Origin: an uncultured delta proteobacterium
GTDB lineage: Bacteria > Myxococcota_A > Polyangia > Palsa-1104
DNA: 64,000 nucleotides
Assembly (NCBI GenBank): GCA_963785725.1
Contig: CAWAWS010000035.1
Location: forward strand, 43,620-107,619
Direction: 5' to 3'
Every line of letters starts with the position of its first letter. Positions within the stretch are counted from its first letter, which is position 1. The position numbers were made by a program, and so were the translations under genes. Below, piece by piece: positions 24,370 through 36,672 of the stretch. Under the pieces are notes generated by a model that was not told where the DNA came from, made no database searches, and saw only the letters and a list, made by a program, of their open reading frames with translations.

Positions 24370-24945
24370 ATGCCGGTCGAGCTCGACAGCGCAACCATCG
24401 CTCAAAGCCGGCGCGGCGACGCGGCGGCGTTTCGGCGGCTCGTCGAGCATTACCAAGACCGCGTGTTCGCGTTGTGCACGGCGCTGGCGGGCGCCGACGC
24501 CGAAGACGTCGCGCAGGAGACGTTCGTGCGCGTGCACGCGGCGCTGCCGAGCTTCGACGTCGGGCGCGACGAGAAGCTGTCGTCGTGGCTGCTGACGATC
24601 GCGCGCCGCTTGTGTGCGGATCGCGCGCGAAACTTCAAGCGGCAGCAGGCGCTGCGGCTGCGCATCGTGCCCAACGAGCCGCGACCGGGCGCCGACGACG
24701 CGCTCGACGACGTGCGCAAAAAGGCGACGCTGCGCGCGGCCGTCGCGGCGCTGCCGGAAGAGCAGCGCGCCGTCGTGGCGTTGCGCGCCTGGGACGAGCT
24801 GGAATACGAGGCGATCGCGGCGGTCGAAGGCGTGCCCGTCGGCACCGTGCGGTCGCGATTGGCGCGGGCCAAACAGGCGCTGAGGCGCGCGCTGGGCCTC
24901 GATGACGAGGATGACGAGGAGCGACATGGATCCGTCGACGCCTGA
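24370..24945 (+). CDS. ECF sigma-70 factor
   Basis: DAEDVAQETF, WLLTIARR, LPEEQR, YEAIA, GTVRSRLARA. Confidence 0.92.
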   Translation: MPVELDSATIAQSRRGDAAAFRRLVEHYQDRVFALCTALAGADAEDVAQETFVRVHAALPSFDVGRDEKLSSWLLTIARRLCADRARNFKRQQALRLRIVPNEPRPGADDALDDVRKKATLRAAVAALPEEQRAVVALRAWDELEYEAIAAVEGVPVGTVRSRLARAKQALRRALGLDDEDDEERHGSVDA

Positions 24946-26096
24946 CTCCGATCGCGACGACCGCGTCGATGCGCTGTTGCGCCAGGCGACACCGCGCGCG
25001 CCGCGTGGGTTTGCCGACGGCGTCATGCGCCGCATCGAGCGCGACCGCGCGCGGCGTCGTCGCGGTCGTGCCTGGTCGCTCGGCGTCGGTGCGCTCGTCG
25101 CCGTCGCCGCGGCGGTCGTCTTGTGGCTCGTGCGTCCGCCGGTCAATGCGCGCCTCGTGCCGAGCGGCTGGAGCGTCGTCGCGCAGGCGGGGTTGACGAT
25201 GACCGCGCCCGACGGCCGGCCGGCGCGCGAGCCCGACGTCGGCGTGCAGCTCGCCGTCGCGCACGGCGGCTCGGCGACGCTGGAGCGCGCGCTCGCTCGC
25301 GTCACACTGACGGAAGATTCGGAGTTACGCGTCGCCGACGGTGGCGCGCTGCAGTTGTCGACCGGAGGCGCGCGGCTCGAGGGCCCCGAGACGCGCATCG
25401 ACGGTGACGTGGCGACGGTGGCCGCGCTCGGAGTGAGCGCCGACATCGCCGTCAGGCTCGAACGGAGGACGAACATGAACGCGAGCACGAAGCTGACGAA
25501 GACGACGCTGGCGACGCTGGCGACGGTCATGACGGTGGCGGCCCACGGCGGCGGCGCGTTGGTGCAGGCGCGCGAGCACGCGCCGGTGCTGCTGGCCGAG
25601 AACGACCGCGTGCTGGTGATGGGCGCGCTGCCGCCGCTGGTGACGCGCGCGCCGGCGCTGCTGGCCAAGGCCGACAGCACCGCCGCGAAGCCGGCGGCGA
25701 CGAAGCCCACGACGCAGCCGGCGACCAAGAATGCGGCCGACCAGGCCGACTCGCAGCCGCCGCTCACGGAGGACAATCGCGACAAGATCCGCAAGGTCGT
25801 GCGAGTGGCGCTGCCCGACATCAAGAGCTGCTACGAGGCCGCGCTGAGCAAGAACCCGAAACTGGGCGGCAAAATCCGCGTGAAGATGACGCTGGTCAAC
25901 CACGGCGACAAGTCGCTCGTCGACGAGGCCGAGGTGATGCCGATGGATGAGGGCGATCTCGGTGGCGCCGCTGGTCGAGCAGTGCGTCGTCGGCGTCGTG
26001 GCCAAGCTCGAGTTCCCGGCGCTGCCGAGCGACGACGGCAAGACGGTCGTCGAGTACCCGTTCGTCTTCGCCACCGGCGACGACGGCAAGAAGTAG
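24926..26096 (+). CDS. Putative anti-sigma factor: TM + FecR-like region + AgmX/PglI-type (TonB-C-like) domain; apparent frameshift near 25960
   Basis: Overlaps the sigma gene; F..GVMRRI motif then TM; IKSCYEAALSKNPKLGG; shifted frame continues APLVEQCVVGVVAKLEFP...VVEYPFVF to TAG 26096. Confidence 0.7.
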
Positions 26097-26128
26097 CGCC
26101 GCCGGTCAGCGCTGCGCGCGCCGATTTC

Positions 26129-27916
26129 TCAGCGCGCGCCCGTGCCCGAGTGCTCGCCGCCGTAGCGACGGTCGAGATCCTCGAGCAGCGCCAGGTTGTG
26201 CTTGGCGTCGACGTGCTGCGGCTGCCGCTTCAGCGCCTCCTCGAACATCACCTTCGCTTCGTCGAGCCGGCCTTGGCGCAGCAAGATCACACCCGCCAGA
26301 TAGCGAATCTCGGCGTCGGCCGGATCCAAATCGCCGGCGATCTTCAGCTCGTCGAGCGCCTTGTCGCGCTCCTTCCTCGCCGACAACAAGAGCGCGTAAT
26401 TGTAGTGGCCCTTCGGCCGCGTCGGCGACTTGGCGACGGCGCGCGACAGATACCACGTCGCCTTCGACAGATCGCCGCGGCGATAGGCGATGGCGCCCAA
26501 GTTGGTCCACGCCTCGCCCAAGTAGCGCTTGAACTGCTGCGCGTCCTGGAAGACCTGCTCGGCCTTGGTGTCGTTGCCGGCCTCTTCGTAGACGGCGCCG
26601 AGCAAGAAATAGGGCCGCGGATCGGCCGGCGAAAGCTTCAGCACCTTTTGATAGGCCGCGATCGCCTTGTCCGGCTCTTTGGCCCGTCGATAACAGTCGC
26701 CGGCGAACTTGAGCGCGTTGACGTTGCGCGGGTCCTTCTTCAAGACCTCTTCGTAGGCGCCGATGGCCCGCGTCGTGTCGCCCATGCGCTGATAGGCCGA
26801 GCCCAGATCGAGCCGCACGTCGACGTCTTCGGGCGCCAGCTGCGTCACCAGCTCCAGCTCCGCCGCCAAGTCGTTGGTCTGCCCTTTGGCCGCATAAATC
26901 AGCGCCAGCGTGCGGCGCGCCTGCAGATTGCGCGGCGCGATGGCGACCACGCGCTCGAGCTCGGTCAACGCGCCGTCGAGATCGGCCGACTCCCACAAGA
27001 TCTCGCCCAGCATCTCGCGCATCTCGACGTCGTCGGGCCGCGCCTCGAGCGCCTTCTCGATGAGCTCCTGCGCCCGCGTGCGGTTACCTTCGACACGGTA
27101 GAGCCGCGCCAGACCGGCCATCGCCGCGTAGTAGCCGGGCTTGAGATCGAGCGCGTAGGAGTACTGACCTTGCGCCTTCTCGCGTAGACCTTGCTCCAAG
27201 TAGACGACGCCGAGCATGCGATGCGCCTCGGCCATCTTGGGATCGATGAGGTTGACCTTCTTGAGCAGCGTCGCCGCCTTCACCAGATCGCGCGGCACGC
27301 CGAAGCCGAAATAGAGGTTCAGCGCGCGACCGTAGAGCGTGAGCGCGTAGAGATCCTTGGTCGGACGGCGCTTGAGCGCCGCCGCCGTGTCGGCGTCCGG
27401 GGTCCAATTGGCCTTGGCCAGCACCGCGAACAAGTTGTCGTCGAGCAGCTTCAAGACCTGCTCGCGCTCGCCGATCGACGACGACTCGGCCACGACGCGC
27501 AGCGTCGCGTTGGGCACTTCGTTCGACGGCTCGACGACGGTGAACAGCTTGACCGTCACCTCCGCCTTCCAGTTCGGCCGCGAAAAGCTGCCGGCGAAGA
27601 CCCATTTCGCACCCAGATCATGCGCTCGACGCGCGATCTTCTCGGGATCGAAGCCGTAATCGAGCCCATCGAGCACGGCGGCGTCGTAGGCCGGGCGCAG
27701 CGTCGCGAACGCCTCGAGCTTCTCGCCCATCGTCACCGCCAGCGCCGACGACTGCCAGTCGAGCGCCTTGACCGGCGATTTGTTCTCGAACGGGACGACC
27801 ATATATCCGGCAATCGCCGTAGCTGGCGTGATAGCCGGCGCGAGCGCCGCGTCATCGGCGAAGGCGACCCGACCGCTCGCGACGAAAACTGCGAATAGTG
27901 GCGCGCAGGCAATCAT
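26129..27916 (-). CDS. Secreted multi-TPR protein with TolB-N-like N-terminal domain (start uncertain, 27916 or 27946)
   Basis: Signal peptide; VVPFEN motif; about 10 TPR repeats. Confidence 0.85.
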   Translation of the reverse strand: MIACAPLFAVFVASGRVAFADDAALAPAITPATAIAGYMVVPFENKSPVKALDWQSSALAVTMGEKLEAFATLRPAYDAAVLDGLDYGFDPEKIARRAHDLGAKWVFAGSFSRPNWKAEVTVKLFTVVEPSNEVPNATLRVVAESSSIGEREQVLKLLDDNLFAVLAKANWTPDADTAAALKRRPTKDLYALTLYGRALNLYFGFGVPRDLVKAATLLKKVNLIDPKMAEAHRMLGVVYLEQGLREKAQGQYSYALDLKPGYYAAMAGLARLYRVEGNRTRAQELIEKALEARPDDVEMREMLGEILWESADLDGALTELERVVAIAPRNLQARRTLALIYAAKGQTNDLAAELELVTQLAPEDVDVRLDLGSAYQRMGDTTRAIGAYEEVLKKDPRNVNALKFAGDCYRRAKEPDKAIAAYQKVLKLSPADPRPYFLLGAVYEEAGNDTKAEQVFQDAQQFKRYLGEAWTNLGAIAYRRGDLSKATWYLSRAVAKSPTRPKGHYNYALLLSARKERDKALDELKIAGDLDPADAEIRYLAGVILLRQGRLDEAKVMFEEALKRQPQHVDAKHNLALLEDLDRRYGGEHSGTGAR

Positions 27917-27955
27917 CAATTTGACAGCACGAGACAGGCGAATCACCCTGTCATT

Positions 27956-30379
27956 GTGTCAAGCCCCGACGAAACCGGCAAGTCGAAGGAGGCCGATTCG
28001 ACGGGAAAGCGACCGCGGCTCCGCCGTCGCAAGCGCTTCTCGTTCATCCGCTTCTTCATCCTCCTGTTTCTTGGCGTCGGCGCGTTCGGCGCCGGCCTCG
28101 GTTACTGGGGATACAAACAGTTCGAGAAAGATCTCCCCGACCGCTGGAGCGCGCTCACCGACTACAAGCCGTCGCGTGCCAGTCGCGTCTTTTCGGCCGA
28201 AGGCGAGCTGATCGGCGAGTTCTTCCTGCAAAAGCGCATCGTCCTGCCGTACGAGCAGATCCCGCGGCACGTGATGCTGTCGTTCGTCGCCGCCGAGGAC
28301 AACCGCTTCTTCGAGCACCACGGCATCGATCCGCTGGGCATCATTCGCGCCGGCGCCGCCAACATGAAGGCCGGGCGCGTCGTGCAAGGCGGCTCGACCA
28401 TCACGCAGCAGGTCGCCAAGCTCATGCTCGTCGGCAACGAGCGCAACGTCTTCCGCAAGATTCGCGAGGCCATCCTCGCGCACAAGATCGAGACGCGGCT
28501 CAAGAAGGAGCAGATCCTCGCCATCTACGCCAACCACGTCTACTTGGGCCACGGCGCCTACGGCGTACAGGCGGCGGCCGAGATCTACTTCGGCAAGGAC
28601 GCCAAGGATCTCACCATCGCCGAGGCGGCCATGCTCGGCGGTCTGCCGAAGGCGCCGACGGAGGACTCGCCGTTCTCGCAGTTCAAGCGCGCCCGCGATC
28701 GCCAGCGTTACGTGCTCGGCCAGATGCTCGACAACAAGTTCATCAACGATCAGCAATATCGCGAGGCGCTGCAGGAGACGATCGCCATCATCTCGAAGGA
28801 CGTGCCGCTCAACCACTTGGCGGCGCCCTACTTCGTCGAGCACATCCGCAAGATCGTGCAGGCCAAGTATGCCGGTCGCGACCTGTACGATCGCGGCCTC
28901 AAGATCTACACGACGCTCGACATGCGCCAGCAGCGCGCCGCCGAGCTGGCCGTGCGCAACGGGCTCGACGCCATCGACCATCGCTACAGCTTTCGCGGGC
29001 CGGTGGCGCACCTGGACGACGCGCAGCTGCAGCCGTTCCTCGACGGCATGCCGCAGCCGTTCAGCGGCGTGAAGCAGGACGTGGCGGCGGCGGCCGGCGT
29101 GCTCGTGCCCGGCAAGGCCTATCTGGCGTCGTTCGAAAAGGGCAGCAAGAAGTCGTACGCGCACATCGGCGCGCTGCGCGTGTTGATGGACGACTATGAC
29201 TCGGCGCGCATCCTGCGTTGGGCCGACAAGCGCGGCAACAAGCTCTCGCCCGGCGATCTCATCCCCGTGCGCGTGGCCAAGGTCGAGACGCACAAAGGCT
29301 CCGGCAAGAAAGCGTTCACCGAGATCGTCGAGCAGGCGCAGCTGGCGCAAAAGCCGGAGATGCAGTCGGCGCTCATCGCCGTCGATCCGGCGAACGGCCA
29401 CTTGACGGCGATGGTCGGCGGCTACGACTACGACACCTCGCAGTTCAACCGCGCGACGCAGGCGCGACGCCAGGCGGGCTCGTCGATCAAGCCGTACATC
29501 TACTCGGCGGCGCTCGACAACGGCTACACCGAGATGAGCATCGTGCCCGACGCGCCGGTGTCGATCAAGACGGCGGCCGGCTGGTGGTCGCCGCACAACT
29601 ACAAGCCGACGTATTTGGGCCCGGTGACGCTGCGGACGGCGCTGCAGCACTCCTTGAACACGGTGTCGGTGCGCCTCGTGGCGGCGCTCGGCGTCGACAA
29701 GGTGATCGAGCAGATCCGCAAGTTCGGCATCACGGCGCAGATCGTGCGCCACCCGTCGATCGCGCTCGGCACGCCCGAGGTGACGCTGCTCGAGCACGTC
29801 TACGGCTACGCGACCTTCCCGGCCATGGGCATGGAGGTCAAGCCGGTCATGATCACGAAGATCGTCGACGCCGACGGAAATATCGTCGAGCAGTACGAGC
29901 CCGAGCCGCCGCGCCGGCGCATCTCGGCCGGCACCGCCTACGTCATGGTCGACATGATGAAGAACGTCGTCGAAAAGGGCACCGGCCAGAAAGCCAAGGA
30001 GCTCGGCCGTCCCGCCGGCGGCAAGACCGGCACGTCCAACGACTTCAAAGACAACTGGTTCATGGCCTACACGCGCGACTTGGTGTGCGGCGTCTGGGTC
30101 GGCCGCGACGACTTCAAGAGCATCGGCAACGATGCGACGGGCGGCACGACGGCGGCGCCGATCTGGACCGAGTTCATGAAGGCCGGCCATCCCGACACGC
30201 CGGTGCGCGACTTCGACGCGCCCGACGGCGTCTACTTCGCGCGCGCCACACCCGAGCGCGGCGCGCCGGCCAGGCCGGGCACGCCGGGATCGATCATGGT
30301 GCCGTTCAAGCGCGGCACGCTGCCGCCGCAATTCGCGCGCTCCGAAGGCAAAGCGCAACTAACCGATCAATTGTTCTGA
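27956..30379 (+). CDS. mrcA: Class A penicillin-binding protein 1A
   Basis: EDNRFFEHHG, QGGSTITQQ, RKIRE (transglycosylase); SSIK, SLN, KTG (transpeptidase). Confidence 0.93.
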   Translation: MSSPDETGKSKEADSTGKRPRLRRRKRFSFIRFFILLFLGVGAFGAGLGYWGYKQFEKDLPDRWSALTDYKPSRASRVFSAEGELIGEFFLQKRIVLPYEQIPRHVMLSFVAAEDNRFFEHHGIDPLGIIRAGAANMKAGRVVQGGSTITQQVAKLMLVGNERNVFRKIREAILAHKIETRLKKEQILAIYANHVYLGHGAYGVQAAAEIYFGKDAKDLTIAEAAMLGGLPKAPTEDSPFSQFKRARDRQRYVLGQMLDNKFINDQQYREALQETIAIISKDVPLNHLAAPYFVEHIRKIVQAKYAGRDLYDRGLKIYTTLDMRQQRAAELAVRNGLDAIDHRYSFRGPVAHLDDAQLQPFLDGMPQPFSGVKQDVAAAAGVLVPGKAYLASFEKGSKKSYAHIGALRVLMDDYDSARILRWADKRGNKLSPGDLIPVRVAKVETHKGSGKKAFTEIVEQAQLAQKPEMQSALIAVDPANGHLTAMVGGYDYDTSQFNRATQARRQAGSSIKPYIYSAALDNGYTEMSIVPDAPVSIKTAAGWWSPHNYKPTYLGPVTLRTALQHSLNTVSVRLVAALGVDKVIEQIRKFGITAQIVRHPSIALGTPEVTLLEHVYGYATFPAMGMEVKPVMITKIVDADGNIVEQYEPEPPRRRISAGTAYVMVDMMKNVVEKGTGQKAKELGRPAGGKTGTSNDFKDNWFMAYTRDLVCGVWVGRDDFKSIGNDATGGTTAAPIWTEFMKAGHPDTPVRDFDAPDGVYFARATPERGAPARPGTPGSIMVPFKRGTLPPQFARSEGKAQLTDQLF

Positions 30380-30400
30380 GTTGGCGTTAAGCTTTACGCC

Positions 30401-31366
30401 ATGGCGTGGCCTCCGTATCAGCTGATGGAGCGCGACTACCTGGCAGAAGCGCAGGAAAAGTACGCGCGTCTCGAGCGGCTCTATCACGTCGCGCAGAAGA
30501 ACGCCTGGGACGGCAAGCAGCTGCTCGGCGACCTCCTGAAGAAGCACGGCGGAATCCAGCTGCCGCAGGCGAAGAGGCAGGCGCTCGGCGAGATCTTCTC
30601 GACGCTCTTGTGGGGCGAGCTGGCGGCCTGGTCGATCAGCGCCGACTTGGCGCTGCAGCTCGAGGACACCGAAGCCAAGATGGCGGCGACGTCGCAGGTG
30701 TTCGACGAGGCGCGCCACTTCTACGTGATGCGCGACTACCTGCTGGCGCTCGATCTGCCGGGCGGGCTGCCCAAGCTCGACGGCTACACGCACACGATCT
30801 TGACCGAGCTCTTGGCGACCACGCGGCTCGTCGACAAGCTGCTCGGCATGCAGCTCATCGTCGAGTCGATCGCGGTGACGCTGTTTCGCTCGGTGGCGCA
30901 AGCGGGCGTCGAGCCGGTGTTGTCGGAGCTGATGCCCTACTTCGAGCGCGACGAAGCGCGTCACGTCGGGCTCGGCGTGCTCTACCTGCCGAAGCTGCTC
31001 GCCGAGTTGGGACCGCTCGAAGCGGCGCGGCTCAAGCTGCAGCAGCTGAAGCTGGTAACGCTCGTAGCCTTCGGCACGCACCTGAAGACGGCGCACTTCG
31101 CGACGCTGGGCATCGACAACAACGACGGCTTTCGCCGCGGCCTCAAGCTCAACCGCGAGGTGATGATGGGCATGCGGTCGCCCGCCGGCCAAGATCCGCC
31201 CGGCGTGTTCGTCGGCGATCCGCGCTTCGACGTCGTCAACGACTGGGCCATCGATCTCTACTTTCCGCGCCTCGGCTCCGATCCGCCGGTCTGGCAGCGC
31301 GCGGTCATCGGCGTCATGGACGGGCTGAGCCGGATGGGCGATCGCGCGCTCAAGTGGGCGTCATGA
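30401..31366 (+). CDS. Ferritin-like diiron-carboxylate protein
   Basis: WGELAA..DEARH..VESIA..DEARH: two E...ExxH ligand sets. Confidence 0.8.
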   Translation: MAWPPYQLMERDYLAEAQEKYARLERLYHVAQKNAWDGKQLLGDLLKKHGGIQLPQAKRQALGEIFSTLLWGELAAWSISADLALQLEDTEAKMAATSQVFDEARHFYVMRDYLLALDLPGGLPKLDGYTHTILTELLATTRLVDKLLGMQLIVESIAVTLFRSVAQAGVEPVLSELMPYFERDEARHVGLGVLYLPKLLAELGPLEAARLKLQQLKLVTLVAFGTHLKTAHFATLGIDNNDGFRRGLKLNREVMMGMRSPAGQDPPGVFVGDPRFDVVNDWAIDLYFPRLGSDPPVWQRAVIGVMDGLSRMGDRALKWAS

Positions 31367-31524
31367 CGGCACCCGCCACCTCGATGATCCGGCGCGCATA
31401 CACGTCGCTCTTGACCGCGGGGCTGTTCCTGGTGCGTATGCTGCTGCTCGGCTTGATGGCGCTGTTGCAGCTGACGCTCGGCGGGGCCGAGATCCGCCCG
31501 GCCTCGCGTGAAGCCGCGAATTAG
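31363..31524 (+). CDS. Small hydrophobic protein (53 aa)
   Basis: ATGA overlap with upstream stop; long Leu-rich helix. Confidence 0.5.
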   Translation: MTAPATSMIRRAYTSLLTAGLFLVRMLLLGLMALLQLTLGGAEIRPASREAAN

Positions 31525-31663
31525 CGCCTCGCGCTTGCCTCGCTCGGTCGATTTTTTCAACGCTCCGCGCACTCGGGGCACAAAACAGTGGCCAGCAGCG
31601 TCCATCATTGGGATGGAAGGTCAGGAGAGCACCCTGTAGCCCGCCAGCGACCATATCAATGTC

Positions 31664-31702
31664 CGGGTAGTTGATTGACACAAGTACCCGATCCGCTAAT
31701 AT
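31664..31702 (+). promoter_or_regulatory. Sigma70-type promoter with an operator-like inverted repeat around the -35
   Basis: CGGGTAGTTG-attgaca-CAAGTACCCG (9/10 IR); TTGACA 31675-80, 16-nt spacer, TAATAT. Confidence 0.55.
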
Positions 31703-31758
31703 CATGCGCTAACATAAGTAGGCACAGCCAGCGACGAGCGACCCGTCGCGGAGGACAC

Positions 31759-32409
31759 ATGCAACACCTCGCAGAGTTCTTCGAGCAGGGCGGCTTTTTC
31801 ATGTACGTGAATCTTGTCTGCTCCGTGATCACGATCGCCTTCATCGTCGAACGCACGATCTTCTTTCTCGGCAAAGGCTCCGTGAACGCCAAGGCGTTCC
31901 TCGAGCAGATCCGCAAGCTGGTCGCCGCCAACAACGTCGATCGCGCCATCAAGCTGTGCTCGGCCACGGAAGCGCCGGTCGCGCGCGTCGCCAAGGCCGG
32001 CTTGACGCGGCTGCCCAAAGGCGAAGCGGCGGTGACGACCGCGATCGAAGAGACGCTCGTCGACGTGACGCCGGAGCTGAAGAAGCGCATCGGCTCCTTG
32101 TGGTCGCTGGCCAACATCGCGACGCTCATCGGCCTGCTCGGCACGATCACCGGCCTCATCGGCGCCTTCGCCGCCGTCGCCAAGGCCGCCGCCGCCGACC
32201 GCTCGACGATTCTGTCGGCCAAGATCTCGGAAGCCATGAACAACACGTGGCTCGGCCTGGCCATCGCCGTCACCTGCATGATCGGCCACGTGTTCCTCAA
32301 CGCCGCGTCCAAGAAGCAGCAGCACGAGCTCGAGGCGTTCTCCATGAAGCTGGAGAACCTGCTCGCCGAGACGACGGCGGCGCACCACCAGACACAGGTC
32401 CGCGGCTAA
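31759..32409 (+). CDS. MotA/TolQ/ExbB proton-channel protein
   Basis: GGAGGA RBS; GGFFMY, IVER, ANIATLIGLLGTITGLI, ISEAMNNTWLGL. Confidence 0.92.
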   Translation: MQHLAEFFEQGGFFMYVNLVCSVITIAFIVERTIFFLGKGSVNAKAFLEQIRKLVAANNVDRAIKLCSATEAPVARVAKAGLTRLPKGEAAVTTAIEETLVDVTPELKKRIGSLWSLANIATLIGLLGTITGLIGAFAAVAKAAAADRSTILSAKISEAMNNTWLGLAIAVTCMIGHVFLNAASKKQQHELEAFSMKLENLLAETTAAHHQTQVRG

Positions 32410-32419
32410 ACGGTCGCCT

Positions 32420-33046
32420 GTGACGCCCCAGCGCCTGCGCACGAGGCTGCGCAAGATTCGCGAGCACGGCGAGGAGATGGCCGAAGAGGGCGGCGAGCTC
32501 AACCTCGTGCCTTATCTCGACATCGTCACCAACGTCATCATGTTCATGCTGGCGACGACGACGTTCGCGGCTGCGCTCGGCGACATCAACGTCTCGTCGC
32601 CGACGACGGCGTCGGTGGCGCAGCTGCAGAATCAGCCGCCGCCCGAGCCGAAGCAGGAGCTCAACCTCGCCGTCTCCATCTCCGACAAAGGCTTCACCAT
32701 CGCCTCGTCGGGCACCGTGCTCTACTCCGGCTTCAGCTTCGACGGCGCCGGCAACTTGTCGCAGCCGCCGAGCGGAACCCTGCCGACGGTGCCGAAGAAG
32801 GGCAAAGACTTCGACTACGACGCGCTCGCGCAGGCCATGGAGAAGATCAAGAAGTCGCCGGCGGCGCAGGGTGAGTCGAAGGTCATCATCAACGCCAACC
32901 CCGAGATCGTCTACGACGTCGTCGTGCAGGTGCTCGACGCCTGCCGCGGCAAGCTGACGCCGAAGCCCGATCCCGAGCATCCCGGCAAGTTCACCGAGGC
33001 GTACGAGCGCTTCGGCGACGTTCTGTTGTCGGCGGGCCTCAACTGA
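32420..33046 (+). CDS. ExbD/TolR-family protein 1
   Basis: ELNLVPYLDIVTNVIMFML; YDVVVQVLDACR. Confidence 0.9.
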   Translation: MTPQRLRTRLRKIREHGEEMAEEGGELNLVPYLDIVTNVIMFMLATTTFAAALGDINVSSPTTASVAQLQNQPPPEPKQELNLAVSISDKGFTIASSGTVLYSGFSFDGAGNLSQPPSGTLPTVPKKGKDFDYDALAQAMEKIKKSPAAQGESKVIINANPEIVYDVVVQVLDACRGKLTPKPDPEHPGKFTEAYERFGDVLLSAGLN

Positions 33047-33047
33047 T

Positions 33048-33102
33048 GAGCGACCGTAAGGGAGCGAATGTGAGCGTCCGGCCCGTAGGGCCAGCGGATC
33101 GA
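33048..33102. repeat. Short REP-like palindromic stretch between the two exbD genes
   Basis: GAGCGACCGTAAGGGAGCG and GGCCCGTAGGGCC hairpin-type motifs; single copy in window. Confidence 0.3.
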
Positions 33103-33134
33103 CGTTCTGGGCTATCCGCCCGCGGAGTGGGCTG

Positions 33135-33707
33135 ATGGCCGGGCCGGTCAAAGAGAACGACGTTCCCGATCGTGACGCCAAGCGGCAGCTCAAGCGCTTT
33201 CGCGAGCGCGTCGAGGAAGAGGCGCAGGAACATCAGCAGGCGTACCTGAACATCACGCCGATGATGGACATGATGACGATTCTGCTCGTCTTCTTGCTCA
33301 AGCAGTTCTCGGTGCAGGCGTCGGCGGCGTCGTCGACCGAAGGGCTCGTGCTGCCGTCGTCGACGATCGAGCAGCAGCGCGACGTCGCCGTCAACATCAC
33401 GGTCACGTCGAGCGCGGTGCTGGTCGAAGGCGACGCGGTGACGACCGTCCGCGCGGGCGCGGTCGACCCGTCGGCCAAGCGCGACGGCGCCAACGGCTAC
33501 TACATCACGCCGCTCGTCGACGTGCTGACGAAGCACGCCAACCGCCTGAAGAAGATCGCGGCCATGGGTGGCACGGCGTTCGACGGCACGGCCATGATCC
33601 TCGTCGACAAGAACACGCCCTACCGCTTGTTGACCGAGGTCTTGTACTCGGCCGGCCAAGCCGAATTCAAGAACTACCATCTCGTCGTCATCAAGAAGGT
33701 TCAGTAG
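33135..33707 (+). CDS. ExbD/TolR-family protein 2
   Basis: LNITPMMDMMTILLVFLL; DKNTPYRLLTEVLYSAGQAEF. Confidence 0.9.
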   Translation: MAGPVKENDVPDRDAKRQLKRFRERVEEEAQEHQQAYLNITPMMDMMTILLVFLLKQFSVQASAASSTEGLVLPSSTIEQQRDVAVNITVTSSAVLVEGDAVTTVRAGAVDPSAKRDGANGYYITPLVDVLTKHANRLKKIAAMGGTAFDGTAMILVDKNTPYRLLTEVLYSAGQAEFKNYHLVVIKKVQ

Positions 33708-33806
33708 GGCCGAACCTACTGCGCGGCCCAATCGCCGCGTTGTCGCTTGCGCTCCTCACAGCCGCTCCGCTGCTCGCTCCGCCTTGCGCTTGGGCCGCCC
33801 GCGACG
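33707..33806 (-). repeat. Diverged copy B of the 10084-10226 element
   Basis: Reverse complement shares GGCCCAAGCGCAAGGCGGAGCGAGCA, GCGACAACGCGGCG and CGCGCAGTAGGTT with copy A. Confidence 0.75.
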
Positions 33807-34060
33807 TTTTGCAGGCACGCCGGCTCGGCACGACAGGCTGATCACGAACGGTCGTCACACTAGGCGCGAAGGTGATCGGATCGCGGTGCCTCTGGGTCAC
33901 GCGGCTGACGCGGACGCTCGCGTTTTCCGGAAACGGCGGATTGGCGATTCTAAGGCGATTTGCCGCGCAAAACAGGCTTTCGGGCAATCGCGCCCTTGCG
34001 CGCAAGCTCGCGGTTTGTTATGACGCTGCGCACCGCGACGGGCGGAGGGAGAACTCTATC

Positions 34061-36570
<2,510 letters not shown>

Positions 36571-36672
36571 CTCGCTCGCGCACCACCGCTCCCGCAGTTC
36601 ACGAAATTCTCACACTCCAAATTCCCACAATATCGTACCCTCCGCCGGCATTGACCGACGGAGGGTCGTTTC

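Noticed and set aside
24902..27187. 761-aa ORF as one protein
   Set aside because: After about 25960 it goes out of frame and runs antisense through the TPR gene; the sensible end is TAG 26096.
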